NCBI GenBank assembly: GCA_023134715.1
Contig: JAGLUP010000006.1
Span: forward strand, 74,653-138,652
Origin: Candidatus Parcubacteria bacterium
GTDB taxonomy: Bacteria > Patescibacteriota > Minisyncoccia > Minisyncoccales > JAGLUP01
DNA: 64,000 bases
Direction: 5' to 3'
The position numbers and the translations under genes were made by a program. Positions 9,096 through 18,614 of this stretch are shown in pieces. Within the stretch, counting starts at the first letter, position 1. Each line of letters opens with the position of its first letter. Under the pieces are notes generated by a model that made no database searches, was not told where the DNA came from, and saw only the letters and a program-made list of their open reading frames with translations.

Positions 9096-9575
9096 TCATT
9101 TGTCTATTCTCGGAGTATGCCGCATTTCCCATCCAATCAACTCTTCGCCAAATAATCTCATCACTTTTTTTAATTTTTCCCAATTTTGCTGGATTATCCT
9201 ATTAACGTCCTCTTGATTTTCCGCTAAAATATCCCAATGATACGTCTCTCCCGGACTCGCATATAAAGAAGAATTAACATATATACTCCTCACTTTACCA
9301 AGAATCTTACTTATTCGATGATTTAATAAGAAGTTATATTTACACGCCCAAGATTCTTCTATGGGAATATTCTGTTTACCTTGCGGAATAACCTCAAAAT
9401 TTATTTTTACTATTCCGCATTTGTCACACTGATAATATCTCCGATTAAGAAATATTAATTCTCCTCCACACTCACATTTTATTTTTGCTTTTTTGAAATA
9501 CCGGCAAATAATTACTATAATTGCTATTATTGCCAAAAATCCCAATCCCATCCATAATAATTCTATTTTTCCCAT
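9096..9575 (-). CDS. hypothetical membrane-anchored protein with CxC...CxxC zinc-ribbon-like segment
   Basis: N-terminal TM (LGFLAIIAIIVIIC) then KCECGG...CDKCG. No family recognised. Confidence 0.4.
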   Translation of the reverse strand: MGKIELLWMGLGFLAIIAIIVIICRYFKKAKIKCECGGELIFLNRRYYQCDKCGIVKINFEVIPQGKQNIPIEESWACKYNFLLNHRISKILGKVRSIYVNSSLYASPGETYHWDILAENQEDVNRIIQQNWEKLKKVMRLFGEELIGWEMRHTPRIDK

Positions 9576-9666
9576 TTTATCACCTCAATTTTCAAAGACC
9601 ATCAGATTAGTTAATTTGACCAATCTTCATTTGATATTAAAATCTTACCAAAAGTTCTTATCATTG

Positions 9667-10413
9667 TCAAATTTTTGTCAACACCTTGCTTCCGTCTTTT
9701 GTAACAGCTATCATATGTTCAAAATGGGCGGAGAGAGAACCGTCTCTTGTTTCCCAACCAAAACCGTCTTTTGATTTTTTTATTTGCCAGCTTCCGACTG
9801 TCACCATTGGCTCCAAGCAAAAAACCATACCTTCTTTAACTTTCTCGCCTTTATGCCTTTGCCCATAATTAGGAATTTGCGGGTCTTCGTGCAATTTTTT
9901 TCCAATTCCATGCCCGCAAAGATCTCTAACAATTCCAAAACCCTGGGACTCAATATGTCTTTGAATTGTATTGCCAATATCTCCAATTGTAACCCCTGGC
10001 CGCATTTTTTTTATTCCACGCTTTAGCGCTTTTCTTGTAACTTGAATTAAACGTAAAATTTCTGGTTCAACTCCGCCCACTGGAACCGTAACCGCCATAT
10101 CTGCGTAATATCCCTTGTATTTAATTCCTAAATCAAGAGAAAAAATATCTCCATTTTTTAATTCATAAGCGTTTGGCGCGCCATGAACAATCACTTGATT
10201 GACAGAAGCGCATAAAGCCGCTGGGAAGCCGTCATATCCTTTAAAAGCTGGTTTTACCCCACACTTAAAAATATGGCTTTCAGCAGCCATATTTATCTCT
10301 TTAGTAGTAATTCCCGGTTCAACCATTTTTTGCAATTCTTTCATGATTTCTGCCAGAATCCTGCCTCCTTGCGCCATTATTTTAATTTCTTCCTCTGATT
10401 TTATTGTTATCAT
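9667..10413 (-). CDS. map: type I methionine aminopeptidase
   Basis: VHGAPN, DLGIKYKGYYADMA, GHGIG and EPMV motifs. Confidence 0.9.
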   Translation of the reverse strand: MITIKSEEEIKIMAQGGRILAEIMKELQKMVEPGITTKEINMAAESHIFKCGVKPAFKGYDGFPAALCASVNQVIVHGAPNAYELKNGDIFSLDLGIKYKGYYADMAVTVPVGGVEPEILRLIQVTRKALKRGIKKMRPGVTIGDIGNTIQRHIESQGFGIVRDLCGHGIGKKLHEDPQIPNYGQRHKGEKVKEGMVFCLEPMVTVGSWQIKKSKDGFGWETRDGSLSAHFEHMIAVTKDGSKVLTKI

Positions 10414-11096
10414 TTTATGGCTTTTAAAATATCTGCAAATACTTCAGCAACTGTTTGCTCTCCCTTAATTTTTTCTACTGCTAAACCTTGCTCTTTAAAA
10501 TAGTTAATCAAAGGAAGAGTTCTTTCTTCATATTCTTTCAAACGAGTTTTAATAACTTCGGGGTCATCTAACCCCTTTCTTTTGAGTAATTTTGAACCAT
10601 CTAAAGGACAATTTTCAAGATTTTCTGTTTCTGAATTCCAAAGAATAGGATGGCGCATTAATTCGCAAATTCTCCTGTGAGAATTCCGCCAAATTGATTG
10701 TTCGGCTGAAAGCAAAATATTAATAACTTTAATGTTTTCTTTTCCATAAAGTTCAACTAAAACAGGAATTATTTTTTCGCCTTCGTGCATTGTTCTTGGA
10801 GAACCAGAAAAAAGAATGCTCTTTTTTTCTTTTGTCAATTCCTCAATTTTTTCTTTTACTAAATAAGTAGCAAACGGTGGTGAACATAAAACTCCTTTTA
10901 GCCATAAATCTTTTTCTTTATTCAGAAAATATTTTTCGCCATCAGCTTCTATAAACTCGTCTTTTTCAGCGTTCATAACCCTATTTTCAATCAACTTGCT
11001 TGTTTCAAAATAGTAAAGATCAAGCTTTTCAGAAAGCAAAATCCCCTGAGTTCCTTTTCCTGCGCCTGGCTGGCCAAGTAAAATTATAATTCTCAT
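10410..11096 (-). CDS. adk: adenylate kinase
   Basis: P-loop LLGQPGAGKGTQ. The gene sits in the canonical secY-adk-map position. Confidence 0.8.
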   Translation of the reverse strand: MRIIILLGQPGAGKGTQGILLSEKLDLYYFETSKLIENRVMNAEKDEFIEADGEKYFLNKEKDLWLKGVLCSPPFATYLVKEKIEELTKEKKSILFSGSPRTMHEGEKIIPVLVELYGKENIKVINILLSAEQSIWRNSHRRICELMRHPILWNSETENLENCPLDGSKLLKRKGLDDPEVIKTRLKEYEERTLPLINYFKEQGLAVEKIKGEQTVAEVFADILKAIK

Positions 11097-11100
11097 AAAT

Positions 11101-12387
11101 TTAAAATGTTTCGTAATCTCGCATTTGAAGCTGAGCGTTAATTTGCTTAATAGTATCTAAAACCACGCTTACTATAATAAGCAGAGAAGTGCCTCCTATC
11201 ATAAAAGAAAATGTCTGAATATCAGTTAAAGCGCTGATAATAAACGGCATCACGGCGATTGTGCTTAAAAATAAAGCTCCGAAAAATAAAACTCTATTTA
11301 AAATATAATGCAGAAAGTGCGAAGTGGATTCGCCGGGTCGAATTCCTGGCACAAAACCACCCATTTTTTTCAAATTATCAGCAATAGCTTTTGGATCAAA
11401 AGTAACTGCTGTATAAAAATAAGTAAAAAGAAACACTAAAGCAAAATAGAAAATCCCATAACCCAGAAGATTTGCCTGCGGGTCAAAAAAATTTCCAACG
11501 CTCTTTGCGATATCGCCTATCACGCCCGGCGTTCCTCCTAAAAAACCGGCTATCATCCCAGGAAAAAGCATAATAGATAAAGCAAAAATTATGGGAATTA
11601 CTCCGGCTGGATTAAGATTTAACGGCAGATAAGTAGAAACACCGCCATACATCTTTGAGCCCTTTACTCTTTTAGCGTAAGAAACAGGAATATTTCGCCG
11701 CGCCTCGTTAACCAAAACAACTCCGGCAATTATAACTAAAGCCAAACCAAGAAAAAGAATATAAGAAGGAGCCATGGAAACATCCCAGTTAATTAAACTC
11801 TGCCTGATTGACATTGGAAAACCAGAAATAATTCCAGCAAAAATCAAAAGGGAAACGCCATTGCCAATCCCCTTCTCTGAAATTAATTCTCCTAACCACA
11901 TTAGAAACAAAGCCCCTGCTGTAATAGTTAAAATTGATGTTATGAATAAAACTGGAGAAAGAGAACCTATTATATTCTGCCGCTGAAACAGGGTTAGCAT
12001 CGCAAAACCCTGAAGAATAGCTAACGGCACGGTCAAAATTCTTCCATATTGATTAAATTTCTGCCTACCTGCTTCTCCTTCTTCTTTATACATTTTTTCC
12101 AGCTGAGGAAAAATCATTGTTAATAACTGTAAAATAATAACTCCTGTGATATAAGGTCCCAATCCAAGCATTACAATAGAAAGTCGCTCTAATGCTCCGC
12201 CAGTAAAAAGATTCATAAGACCAAGCATTTGATTCCCTGCAAAAAAATTCCTTAAATTCTCTATGTCTATACCAGGAATCGGGATATTAGCCATTATTCT
12301 AAAAACAACAAAAATCCCCAAGACAAACAGAATCTTATTGCGTAAATCCTTTATTTTGAAAATTTGAGTAAACTTGTTTAATAACAT
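11101..12387 (-). CDS. secY: preprotein translocase subunit SecY
   Basis: 428-aa ten-TM ORF with the GIGNGVSLLIFAGI motif, following rplO. Confidence 0.92.
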   Translation of the reverse strand: MLLNKFTQIFKIKDLRNKILFVLGIFVVFRIMANIPIPGIDIENLRNFFAGNQMLGLMNLFTGGALERLSIVMLGLGPYITGVIILQLLTMIFPQLEKMYKEEGEAGRQKFNQYGRILTVPLAILQGFAMLTLFQRQNIIGSLSPVLFITSILTITAGALFLMWLGELISEKGIGNGVSLLIFAGIISGFPMSIRQSLINWDVSMAPSYILFLGLALVIIAGVVLVNEARRNIPVSYAKRVKGSKMYGGVSTYLPLNLNPAGVIPIIFALSIMLFPGMIAGFLGGTPGVIGDIAKSVGNFFDPQANLLGYGIFYFALVFLFTYFYTAVTFDPKAIADNLKKMGGFVPGIRPGESTSHFLHYILNRVLFFGALFLSTIAVMPFIISALTDIQTFSFMIGGTSLLIIVSVVLDTIKQINAQLQMRDYETF

Positions 12388-12397
12388 ATTCGCTTTG

Positions 12398-12850
12398 CTA
12401 TTTTACTTCGCCGCCTGCTTTCTCCACTTTTTCCTTTGCTGTTTTTGACACCTCGCACCTTTCTATTGTAAATTTTTTAGTAAGCTCTCCTTTTCCCAAA
12501 ATCTTTACTCTTGGCGTCTTTCCTTTTATTTTACTAATTATTTCCCTTTTAAGCAATACTGCTGGATTTATCTTTTCTCCAGTTTTAAATTTATTCTCCA
12601 AAATTTCTATATTTAAAATAGTAATTTTTCCCGCCTTGCGGGATCCGCCTTTGGTGGAGGATTTTCTTTTATATCCTCTTAATTTATGATATTTTTTAAT
12701 CAACTCTCTAATAATCGGCTGAAATTTTCTTCCAGCTCGAGATTTCTGACCTTTTACTCCACGGCCAGAATAAGTGCCCCGTTTGCCGCCTCTGGCAATC
12801 CGTTTCTTTGTCTTTGGTTTATGTTTTGGTTTTACTTCGTGTAGTTGCAT
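12398..12850 (-). CDS. rplO: 50S ribosomal protein L15
   Basis: RIARGGKRGTYSGRGVKGQKSR. ATG at 12848-12850 is preferred to the upstream TTG. It follows rpsE directly, with no rpmD between them. Confidence 0.9.
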   Translation of the reverse strand: MQLHEVKPKHKPKTKKRIARGGKRGTYSGRGVKGQKSRAGRKFQPIIRELIKKYHKLRGYKRKSSTKGGSRKAGKITILNIEILENKFKTGEKINPAVLLKREIISKIKGKTPRVKILGKGELTKKFTIERCEVSKTAKEKVEKAGGEVK

Positions 12851-12905
12851 ATTCGCTTTGCTCAAAATTTAAAATTTTTAATCTTTAATCTTTTTTAATT
12901 TTTAT

Positions 12906-13409
12906 TTATGGTTTTTCTTTTTTAGTTTTTAGTCTTTCATTCAATTTTAGCTTTTCCAATGCTAAAATTGTGGCTTTAGCATTATTCAGTTTATTCCGAG
13001 ATCTTGATAAAATTTTTGAAGAAATGTTTTTTATTCCGGCTAAAGTGCAAATTACCCTTACTGTGCCGCCGGCGACTAACCCTCTCCCTTTTTTTTGTGG
13101 CTTAAGAAGAACCTTAGCCGCGCCAAACTTTGCTTCTGTTTGATAAGATATAGTATCATTAGAAATTGGAACAACCTTTACATTCTTTTTGGCTTTCTTG
13201 GTGGCTTTTTCTACTGCCTTGGCAACATCTAATCCTTTGGCAACCCCTAACCCGACCTTGCCTTTTTTATCTCCAACAACCATTACTGCGCGAAATTTAA
13301 AACGCTTTCCTCCCCTAGTAACCCTTGTAACTCTTGTCAAATCTAAAAGCTTGGATTCAAATCCATCTTTTGGTTCTTCTCTTCTTTTTTGAAATTTTTG
13401 TTTAAACAT
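12906..13409 (-). CDS. rpsE: 30S ribosomal protein S5
   Basis: VTRVTRGGKRFKFRAVMVVGD and GLVAGGTVR motifs. Confidence 0.92.
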   Translation of the reverse strand: MFKQKFQKRREEPKDGFESKLLDLTRVTRVTRGGKRFKFRAVMVVGDKKGKVGLGVAKGLDVAKAVEKATKKAKKNVKVVPISNDTISYQTEAKFGAAKVLLKPQKKGRGLVAGGTVRVICTLAGIKNISSKILSRSRNKLNNAKATILALEKLKLNERLKTKKEKP

Positions 13410-13413
13410 GTTT

Positions 13414-13758
13414 TTAGAATTGTAGTCCTCCTTCTCTTGCCCCCTCAGCTAATGCCTTTACTCTTCCATGATATTTAAACCCTCCTCTGTCAAAAATAAT
13501 TTTTTTAATCTTTTTTTCCAACGCTTTTTCTGCAATCAATTTTCCTATCTCACGAGCTATTACTGTTTTTTCTGCCTTTTTTTTCACATCATTGTCCTTT
13601 GCTGTAATAAGAATTTTGCCTTTTTCATCATCAATTAATTGAGCATAAATATGTTTATTTGAACGAAAAACAGAAAGCCGAGGAACCGTTTTAGTGCCTT
13701 TTATTCTTGCTCTAATTTTTTTATGACGTTTAACTCTTTTTTGTTGTTTTTCTAACAT
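13414..13758 (-). CDS. rplR: 50S ribosomal protein L18
   Basis: PRLSVFRSNKHIYAQLIDD and FDRGGFKYHGRVKALAEGAREGGL. Confidence 0.92.
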   Translation of the reverse strand: MLEKQQKRVKRHKKIRARIKGTKTVPRLSVFRSNKHIYAQLIDDEKGKILITAKDNDVKKKAEKTVIAREIGKLIAEKALEKKIKKIIFDRGGFKYHGRVKALAEGAREGGLQF

Positions 13759-13770
13759 ATTATAAAAATT

Positions 13771-14313
13771 TTATTCTGCTGTTGCCGCTTTTTTCCCTAC
13801 TTTCCTCCTTACTATTTCTCCTACATATCTAATTCCTTTGCCCTTATAGGGCTCTGGAGGCCGAATTTTCCTAATATTAGCGGCGACTTGACCTACTAAT
13901 CCTTTGTCAATTCCTTTAATAGAAATAATATTCTTATTTACTAAAAATTCTATTCCCTCTGGACAATCTACTTTTACTGAATGAGAAAAGCCAACTTTCA
14001 ACACTAAATCACTCCCCTCTAAAGAAGCTTGATAACCTATGCCCTGAATTTCCAATTCTTTTTGAAAACCATCAGTTACTCCTATGAGCATATTAGCTAT
14101 CAGTGCTCTTATTAAGCCCCAAAGAGCTGGCGCTTTCTTAGTCGCTAACTGGGTGGCAACAAAAACTTTCCCATCTTTTACATCTACCTTAATCTCATTG
14201 GGAATAACTCGAAAAAGCTCGCCTTTTGGGCCCTTCACAATTACCTTTTGGCTTTCTATTTTAATTTCCACTTTATCTGGTATTTCAATTGGTTTTTTTC
14301 CTATTCTTGACAT
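13771..14313 (-). CDS. rplF: 50S ribosomal protein L6
   Basis: MSRIGKKPIEIP start at 14311-14313, immediately after the rpsH stop. EPYKGKGIRY motif present. Confidence 0.92.
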   Translation of the reverse strand: MSRIGKKPIEIPDKVEIKIESQKVIVKGPKGELFRVIPNEIKVDVKDGKVFVATQLATKKAPALWGLIRALIANMLIGVTDGFQKELEIQGIGYQASLEGSDLVLKVGFSHSVKVDCPEGIEFLVNKNIISIKGIDKGLVGQVAANIRKIRPPEPYKGKGIRYVGEIVRRKVGKKAATAE

Positions 14314-14314
14314 A

Positions 14315-14716
14315 TTACCAAATTTCACAGATAATTTCTCCTCCTAATTTTTTCTTTCTTGCCTCTCCTCCAATCATCAGACCTTTTGGCGTAGAAATTA
14401 TAATCAGTCCCTCTCCGCCCCTAACCAATCTTATTTCTTTATATCCGACATAAATCCTTTGGCCTGGCTTTGAAACTCTTTTTATCTCAGAAATTACCGG
14501 TATTTTATTTTTATAATTCAAAGTAATCTCTATTACTGCTTTTGTTCTTTTTTTAAATCTCTTTTTCTTTTTATCAATTTTTTTAATTAATCCCTGGTTC
14601 TCTAAAATTTTAGCGATTTCATATTTTACTTTAGAAAAAGGAACAGTCACTGTTGGGTGAGCAACTTTTTGAGCGTTTTTTATTCGATTTAACATATCGC
14701 TAATTGGATCTACCAT
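14315..14716 (-). CDS. rpsH: 30S ribosomal protein S8
   Basis: [14 protein letters not shown]-terminus and the [10 protein letters not shown]-terminus. Confidence 0.92.
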   Translation of the reverse strand: MVDPISDMLNRIKNAQKVAHPTVTVPFSKVKYEIAKILENQGLIKKIDKKKKRFKKRTKAVIEITLNYKNKIPVISEIKRVSKPGQRIYVGYKEIRLVRGGEGLIIISTPKGLMIGGEARKKKLGGEIICEIW

Positions 14717-14895
14717 GATGATTTTTTTATTCCTGGAATTAATCCTTTATTTGCCATTTCTCGAAAGCATATTCGACATAAACCAAATTTGCGAATATAG
14801 CCATTTTTTCTACCGCACTTAAAACAGCGCCGAACAATCCGAGAACTGAATTTAGGTTTTTTCTTTGCCTTTACTATTAATGATTTCTTAGCCAT
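14710..14895 (-). CDS. rpsN: 30S ribosomal protein S14, zinc-binding Z type
   Basis: 61 aa with CFKCGR...CRICFRE. Confidence 0.9.
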   Translation of the reverse strand: MAKKSLIVKAKKKPKFSSRIVRRCFKCGRKNGYIRKFGLCRICFREMANKGLIPGIKKSSW

Positions 14896-15451
14896 TTTTT
14901 TTGATTGGGAATCCCATTAATTTTAATAATTCCAGCCCCTGCTCTTTTGTTTTGGCTGTTGTCGCGACTATTACTTCAAATCCAAAAATAAATTTGGATT
15001 TTTCCGGGGCAATTTCTGGAAAACAAATATGCTCTTTTATTCCAATAGTTAAATTTCCATTTTTATCAACCGAACTTGATTTAATTCCTTGAAAATCTCG
15101 AGACCGAGGAAGGGCAATATCAATAAGCCGCGACAAAAAATCATACATTTTTTTTCTTCTTAAGGTTATTTTTATTCCCACGAATACGCCCTGTCTGATT
15201 TTAAAACCAGCTATCGATTTCTTAGCTTGCGTTAATACTGATTTTTGTCCTGTAATTAAAGTTAAATCATCAGAAATGCTTTTCCAAACTTTCTCTTGCT
15301 CTTTAGATGTTTTCCCGCTAATCAAGCGACCAAAACTATTATTTACTACCACTTTCTCAATTTTAGGAACAGCCATTGGATTAGTATATCCGAGTTTTTC
15401 CATCATCGCTGGAATTACTTCTTTTTTGTATTTTTCTTGCAAACTTGTCAT
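14888..15451 (-). CDS. rplE: 50S ribosomal protein L5
   Basis: [34 protein letters not shown]. Its ATG at 15449-15451 overlaps the rplX TGA (ATGA). Confidence 0.92.
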   Translation of the reverse strand: MTSLQEKYKKEVIPAMMEKLGYTNPMAVPKIEKVVVNNSFGRLISGKTSKEQEKVWKSISDDLTLITGQKSVLTQAKKSIAGFKIRQGVFVGIKITLRRKKMYDFLSRLIDIALPRSRDFQGIKSSSVDKNGNLTIGIKEHICFPEIAPEKSKFIFGFEVIVATTAKTKEQGLELLKLMGFPIKKNG

Positions 15452-15753
15452 ATTTTTGCTTTGCATTTTTTACAAATTCTATATTTCTTTTTTGCTTCAA
15501 TTATGTACCCTACGCGAACTGCTTTGCCGCACTTAGGACAAATTAATTTTATATTAGAAACAGAAATTGGAGCAGGCGCTTCTACTATTTGCCCTTTTTC
15601 TCCTTGTTTCTTTGGTCGAGTATGCTTTTTTCTAATATTTACCCCTTCTATCAAAACTTTTCTTTGTTTAGGAAAAACTCTAAGAATTTTATCTTTTTTT
15701 CCTTTATCCTTGCCAGATATTATTAATACTATATCATTTTTATGGATTTTCAT
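15448..15753 (-). CDS. rplX: 50S ribosomal protein L24
   Basis: [19 protein letters not shown] motif. The C-terminal CPKCG...CKKC zinc ribbon is noted. Confidence 0.9.
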   Translation of the reverse strand: MKIHKNDIVLIISGKDKGKKDKILRVFPKQRKVLIEGVNIRKKHTRPKKQGEKGQIVEAPAPISVSNIKLICPKCGKAVRVGYIIEAKKKYRICKKCKAKI

Positions 15754-16121
15754 AGGACTTCTGGAGCTAATGTTACGATTTTCTCAAATCCTTTTTCTCT
15801 TAATTCTCTGGGTACTGGTCCAAAAATTCTTCCTCCTTTCGGATTTTTTGTTTTCGCGTCTAAAATTACTGCCGCATTCTCATCAAAACGAATATAAGAA
15901 CCATCAACTCTTTTAAAAGCTCTTTTTTGTCTTACTATTACCGCTCTCACTTTATCATGTTTTTTCACCGGTCTTCTTGGCTCAGCTTTTTTAACAGAAA
16001 CAACAATAATATCGCCAATTTGCGCGTATCTTCTCTTAGAACCGCCTAAAACCTTAAAACACTGGATAATTTTAGCTCCAGTATTATCAGCAACTTTTAA
16101 CATTGTTTGCGCTTGAATCAT
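15750..16121 (-). CDS. rplN: 50S ribosomal protein L14
   Basis: [17 protein letters not shown]. Its ATG at 16119-16121 overlaps the rpsQ TGA. Confidence 0.92.
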   Translation of the reverse strand: MIQAQTMLKVADNTGAKIIQCFKVLGGSKRRYAQIGDIIVVSVKKAEPRRPVKKHDKVRAVIVRQKRAFKRVDGSYIRFDENAAVILDAKTKNPKGGRIFGPVPRELREKGFEKIVTLAPEVL

Positions 16122-16351
16122 ATTTTTGACACTACTCTCCACCTTTTATCTTTACTTATTGGTCGTGTTTCTTCAATAATAACTTTATCGCCTGTTTTAT
16201 ATTCCTGCTTCTCGTCATGAGCTTTGTATTTCTTATGAACTTTATATCTTTTCTTATACTTTGGGTGTTCTTTTATACGTTCTACTCTAACTACAGCTGT
16301 CTTTGACATTTTAGTTGATGTTACTATTCCTGTTAATTGACGTTTTGGCAT
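16118..16351 (-). CDS. rpsQ: 30S ribosomal protein S17
   Basis: [30 protein letters not shown]. Confidence 0.9.
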   Translation of the reverse strand: MPKRQLTGIVTSTKMSKTAVVRVERIKEHPKYKKRYKVHKKYKAHDEKQEYKTGDKVIIEETRPISKDKRWRVVSKI

Positions 16352-16355
16352 AAAT

Positions 16356-16532
16356 TTATTTTAAAATAGTTAAAATTCTGGCAATATCTTTTCTGACTTG
16401 CCTAATTTCTCTTACATTTTTTATTTTCCCTGAAGCTAAATCAAACCGCATTTGCCGCAATTCTTCTTGATTATCCATCAAAAGCTTTTGTAATTCTTTT
16501 TGAGATTTCTGTTTTAATTCTGTTATTTTCAT
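16356..16532 (-). CDS. rpmC: 50S ribosomal protein L29
   Basis: Not in the ORF track (58 aa). Hand translation: [58 protein letters not shown]. Its ATG overlaps the rplP TGA, and it occupies the expected L16-L29-S17 slot. Confidence 0.88.
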   Translation of the reverse strand: MKITELKQKSQKELQKLLMDNQEELRQMRFDLASGKIKNVREIRQVRKDIARILTILK

Positions 16533-16936
16533 GCTCGCGTTATAAATTTAGTTTTTACTGGTAATTTTATCGCTGCATCTTTAAACGCTTCTTTCGCTTT
16601 TTCTTCTTCTACGCCGTCTAATTCAAAAATAATCCTACCTGGCTTTACTGGAAAAACATAATGGTCAACGGTTCCTTTCCCTCCGCCCATTGGAACCTCT
16701 GTTCCTTTTCTGGTTACTGGTTTGAATGGAAAAATTCTAATCCAAAGCTTTCCTCCTTTCCTGATATATCTGATTATGACCCTTCTCGCCGCTTCAATCT
16801 GGCGGGAATTAATCCATTTCGCCTCTAATATCTTAAGACCGTAATTCCCAAAAGCTAACTCGCTTCCTCGAGTTTCATTTCCTTTTGAACGACCCTTTCT
16901 CCATTTACGATGTTTGACCTTTTTTGGTAATAACAT
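16529..16936 (-). CDS. rplP: 50S ribosomal protein L16
   Basis: [16 protein letters not shown] and RMGGGKG-like [13 protein letters not shown]. Confidence 0.92.
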   Translation of the reverse strand: MLLPKKVKHRKWRKGRSKGNETRGSELAFGNYGLKILEAKWINSRQIEAARRVIIRYIRKGGKLWIRIFPFKPVTRKGTEVPMGGGKGTVDHYVFPVKPGRIIFELDGVEEEKAKEAFKDAAIKLPVKTKFITRA

Positions 16937-16946
16937 GTTCAGTTTT

Positions 16947-17588
16947 TCATTTAGTAAACTCTTCGCCTTTATATATCCATACTTTTACTCCTATCACTCC
17001 ATAGGTGCAATGAGCGTTTGCTGTTCCATAATCAATCCTTGCTCTTATGGTCTGAAGAGGAAGCCTGCCTTCTTTCAGCCACTCAGTTCTAGCAATCTCT
17101 GCGCCATTCAACCGTCCGGACAGTTCAATTTTTGCTCCTTTTGCCTCTTTATTGGCCATAATTTTTTGCAATGCCTGCTTTAATACTCTTCTATAGGCAA
17201 ACCTCTTCTCTATTTGTTGAGCAGCCCATTGGCTGGTTAAAACAGCATTTGTCCAAAAATCTTTGATTTCTCTAACATCTAATTTTAATTCACGCTTGCC
17301 TACTTTAATTTCTTTTTCTAATCTCTTTTTTATTTGTTCAATTCCTTTTCCTCCCCGCCCAATAATTAAACCAGGTCTGGCAGTATTTATGATAACGCTC
17401 AACTTGTTGGGAAAACGTTCAATTTCGATTCTTTCTATCCATGCGTCTTTTAATGTTTTTTCTAAAAATTCTCTAATCCTAAAATCCTCTTCCAGATATT
17501 TAGCAAGATTCGCCTTACTTACCCAGCGAGAATCCCAGTCAGTTATTTTTTTTATTCTAAAAATTCTTGGATGAACTTTGTGAGTCAT
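16947..17588 (-). CDS. rpsC: 30S ribosomal protein S3
   Basis: HKVHPRIFR, the KH domain [12 protein letters not shown], and [10 protein letters not shown]. Confidence 0.92.
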   Translation of the reverse strand: MTHKVHPRIFRIKKITDWDSRWVSKANLAKYLEEDFRIREFLEKTLKDAWIERIEIERFPNKLSVIINTARPGLIIGRGGKGIEQIKKRLEKEIKVGKRELKLDVREIKDFWTNAVLTSQWAAQQIEKRFAYRRVLKQALQKIMANKEAKGAKIELSGRLNGAEIARTEWLKEGRLPLQTIRARIDYGTANAHCTYGVIGVKVWIYKGEEFTK

Positions 17589-17626
17589 ATGAATTTAGTG
17601 TTTAGTTTAGCTTCGGTTTGGTGTAT
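17589..17626 (-). repeat. three ACAC-N-AAAC-type motif copies filling the rplV-rpsC spacer
   Basis: Minus strand reads ATACACCAAACCGAAGCTAAACTAAACACTAAATTCAT(ATG). The word and ~11-nt spacing match the surface-locus arrays. Confidence 0.5.
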
Positions 17627-18157
17627 CTAGAAGGCTTTTCTTCTAAATACTTTTTTTGAACTTTTTTCTACTTCGCCCGCCGTAGCTTTAGCGAAGGCGG
17701 GTCTCTTCTCAAATCCAACCTTTGGTTTTCTTTCCTTGCCCGCCTGAATGCCCGCAGGGCTTTCGGCGGGTTCTTTCTTAATTTCTTCAGTCTTCTTCTT
17801 GACTATTTTTTTCTTTTTTCCTTTTTCTATTTCATCTAATACTAAAGTGATATGGGATGTCTTTTTTTGTATAGGGGCTGTCTGCCCTCTTGAACGCGGT
17901 CTCCATCTCTTAAGCTTTGGTCCTTCGTCTACTGTAATTTTGGAAATATAAAGATTCAACTCATCTAATTGAAAATCATTTTTAGCGCTGACCACGGCTG
18001 AATTCAAAAGTTTTAATAAGGATATAACAGCTTTTTTTACGGTAAAATTTAAAATAGCTTGAGCTTCGTCAATTTTTTTTCCACGAATCAAATCCGCAAC
18101 TAATCGAACTTTCCTCGGCGCAATTCTTAAATGTTTAAGTTTAACTGTAATAGACAT
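17627..18157 (-). CDS. rplV: 50S ribosomal protein L22 with ~65-aa Lys-rich C-terminal extension
   Basis: LRIAPRKVRLVADLIRGKKIDEAQAIL, followed by a KKKIVKKKTEEIKKEP... tail. Confidence 0.9.
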   Translation of the reverse strand: MSITVKLKHLRIAPRKVRLVADLIRGKKIDEAQAILNFTVKKAVISLLKLLNSAVVSAKNDFQLDELNLYISKITVDEGPKLKRWRPRSRGQTAPIQKKTSHITLVLDEIEKGKKKKIVKKKTEEIKKEPAESPAGIQAGKERKPKVGFEKRPAFAKATAGEVEKSSKKVFRRKAF

Positions 18158-18201
18158 ATATAATAATAAAATTTCTAATTTCTAATTTCTAAATAAATTA
18201 A

Positions 18202-18311
18202 GAAAACGAAGAAAACAAATTTTGAAATCGTGGGGTCCCGATAGGTGAAAGCTATCGGGATAGGGCGCGGTTAGGGGGAAACGATTTCAAAATTTCGTTT
18301 TCAGAGTTTTC
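18202..18311 (-). repeat. nested-hairpin intergenic element, copy D (type 1) inside the S10 operon
   Basis: Near-identical to copy C but with a compensatory C:G to T:A change at the base of the inner hairpin (TCCCGATAG...CTATCGGGA). Confidence 0.9.
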
Positions 18312-18322
18312 TTAATTATAGC

Positions 18323-18613
18323 TTACGGTTTGGTTTTTTTCTCCTCCTCTTTCTGCATTTTTCCGCCATGCCTTACAAACTTTGTTGTTGGAGCAAATTC
18401 ACCAAGTTTATGTCCAACCATATCTTCGCTCACATAAACCGGCACATGCTCTTTTCCATTATGCACTCCAAATACAAATCCTACCATTTCCGGAGCAATG
18501 GTGCAAGCTCTGGACCATGTCTTGATAATAGTTTTATCTTCTTGTTTTAAATTCAATATTTTCTTAAGTAATTTCTCGTCCACATAGGGACCCTTTTTAA
18601 GTGATCTAGACAT
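18323..18613 (-). CDS. rpsS: 30S ribosomal protein S19
   Basis: [11 protein letters not shown] and [13 protein letters not shown]. Confidence 0.92.
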   Translation of the reverse strand: MSRSLKKGPYVDEKLLKKILNLKQEDKTIIKTWSRACTIAPEMVGFVFGVHNGKEHVPVYVSEDMVGHKLGEFAPTTKFVRHGGKMQKEEEKKTKP

Positions 18614-18614
18614 A

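Noticed and set aside
8914-9183. 89-aa minus-strand ORF spanning palindrome P1 and the tandem repeats
   Set aside because: It is a low-complexity translation of repeat DNA and overlaps the better-supported 9096..9575 gene.
15296-15916. 206-aa plus-strand ORF and many other 60-140-aa plus-strand ORFs antisense to ribosomal, tuf, secY and other genes
   Set aside because: They lie entirely antisense to strongly supported conserved genes. Their composition is low-complexity F/L/I/S-rich, as expected from the reverse complement of Lys/Glu-rich coding sequence.
16118-16532. Alternative genetic code (UGA recoding, as in some CPR lineages)
   Set aside because: TGA terminates conserved ribosomal protein genes at the expected lengths (rplP, rpsQ, rplX), with ATGA stop/start overlaps. 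The standard bacterial code fits.
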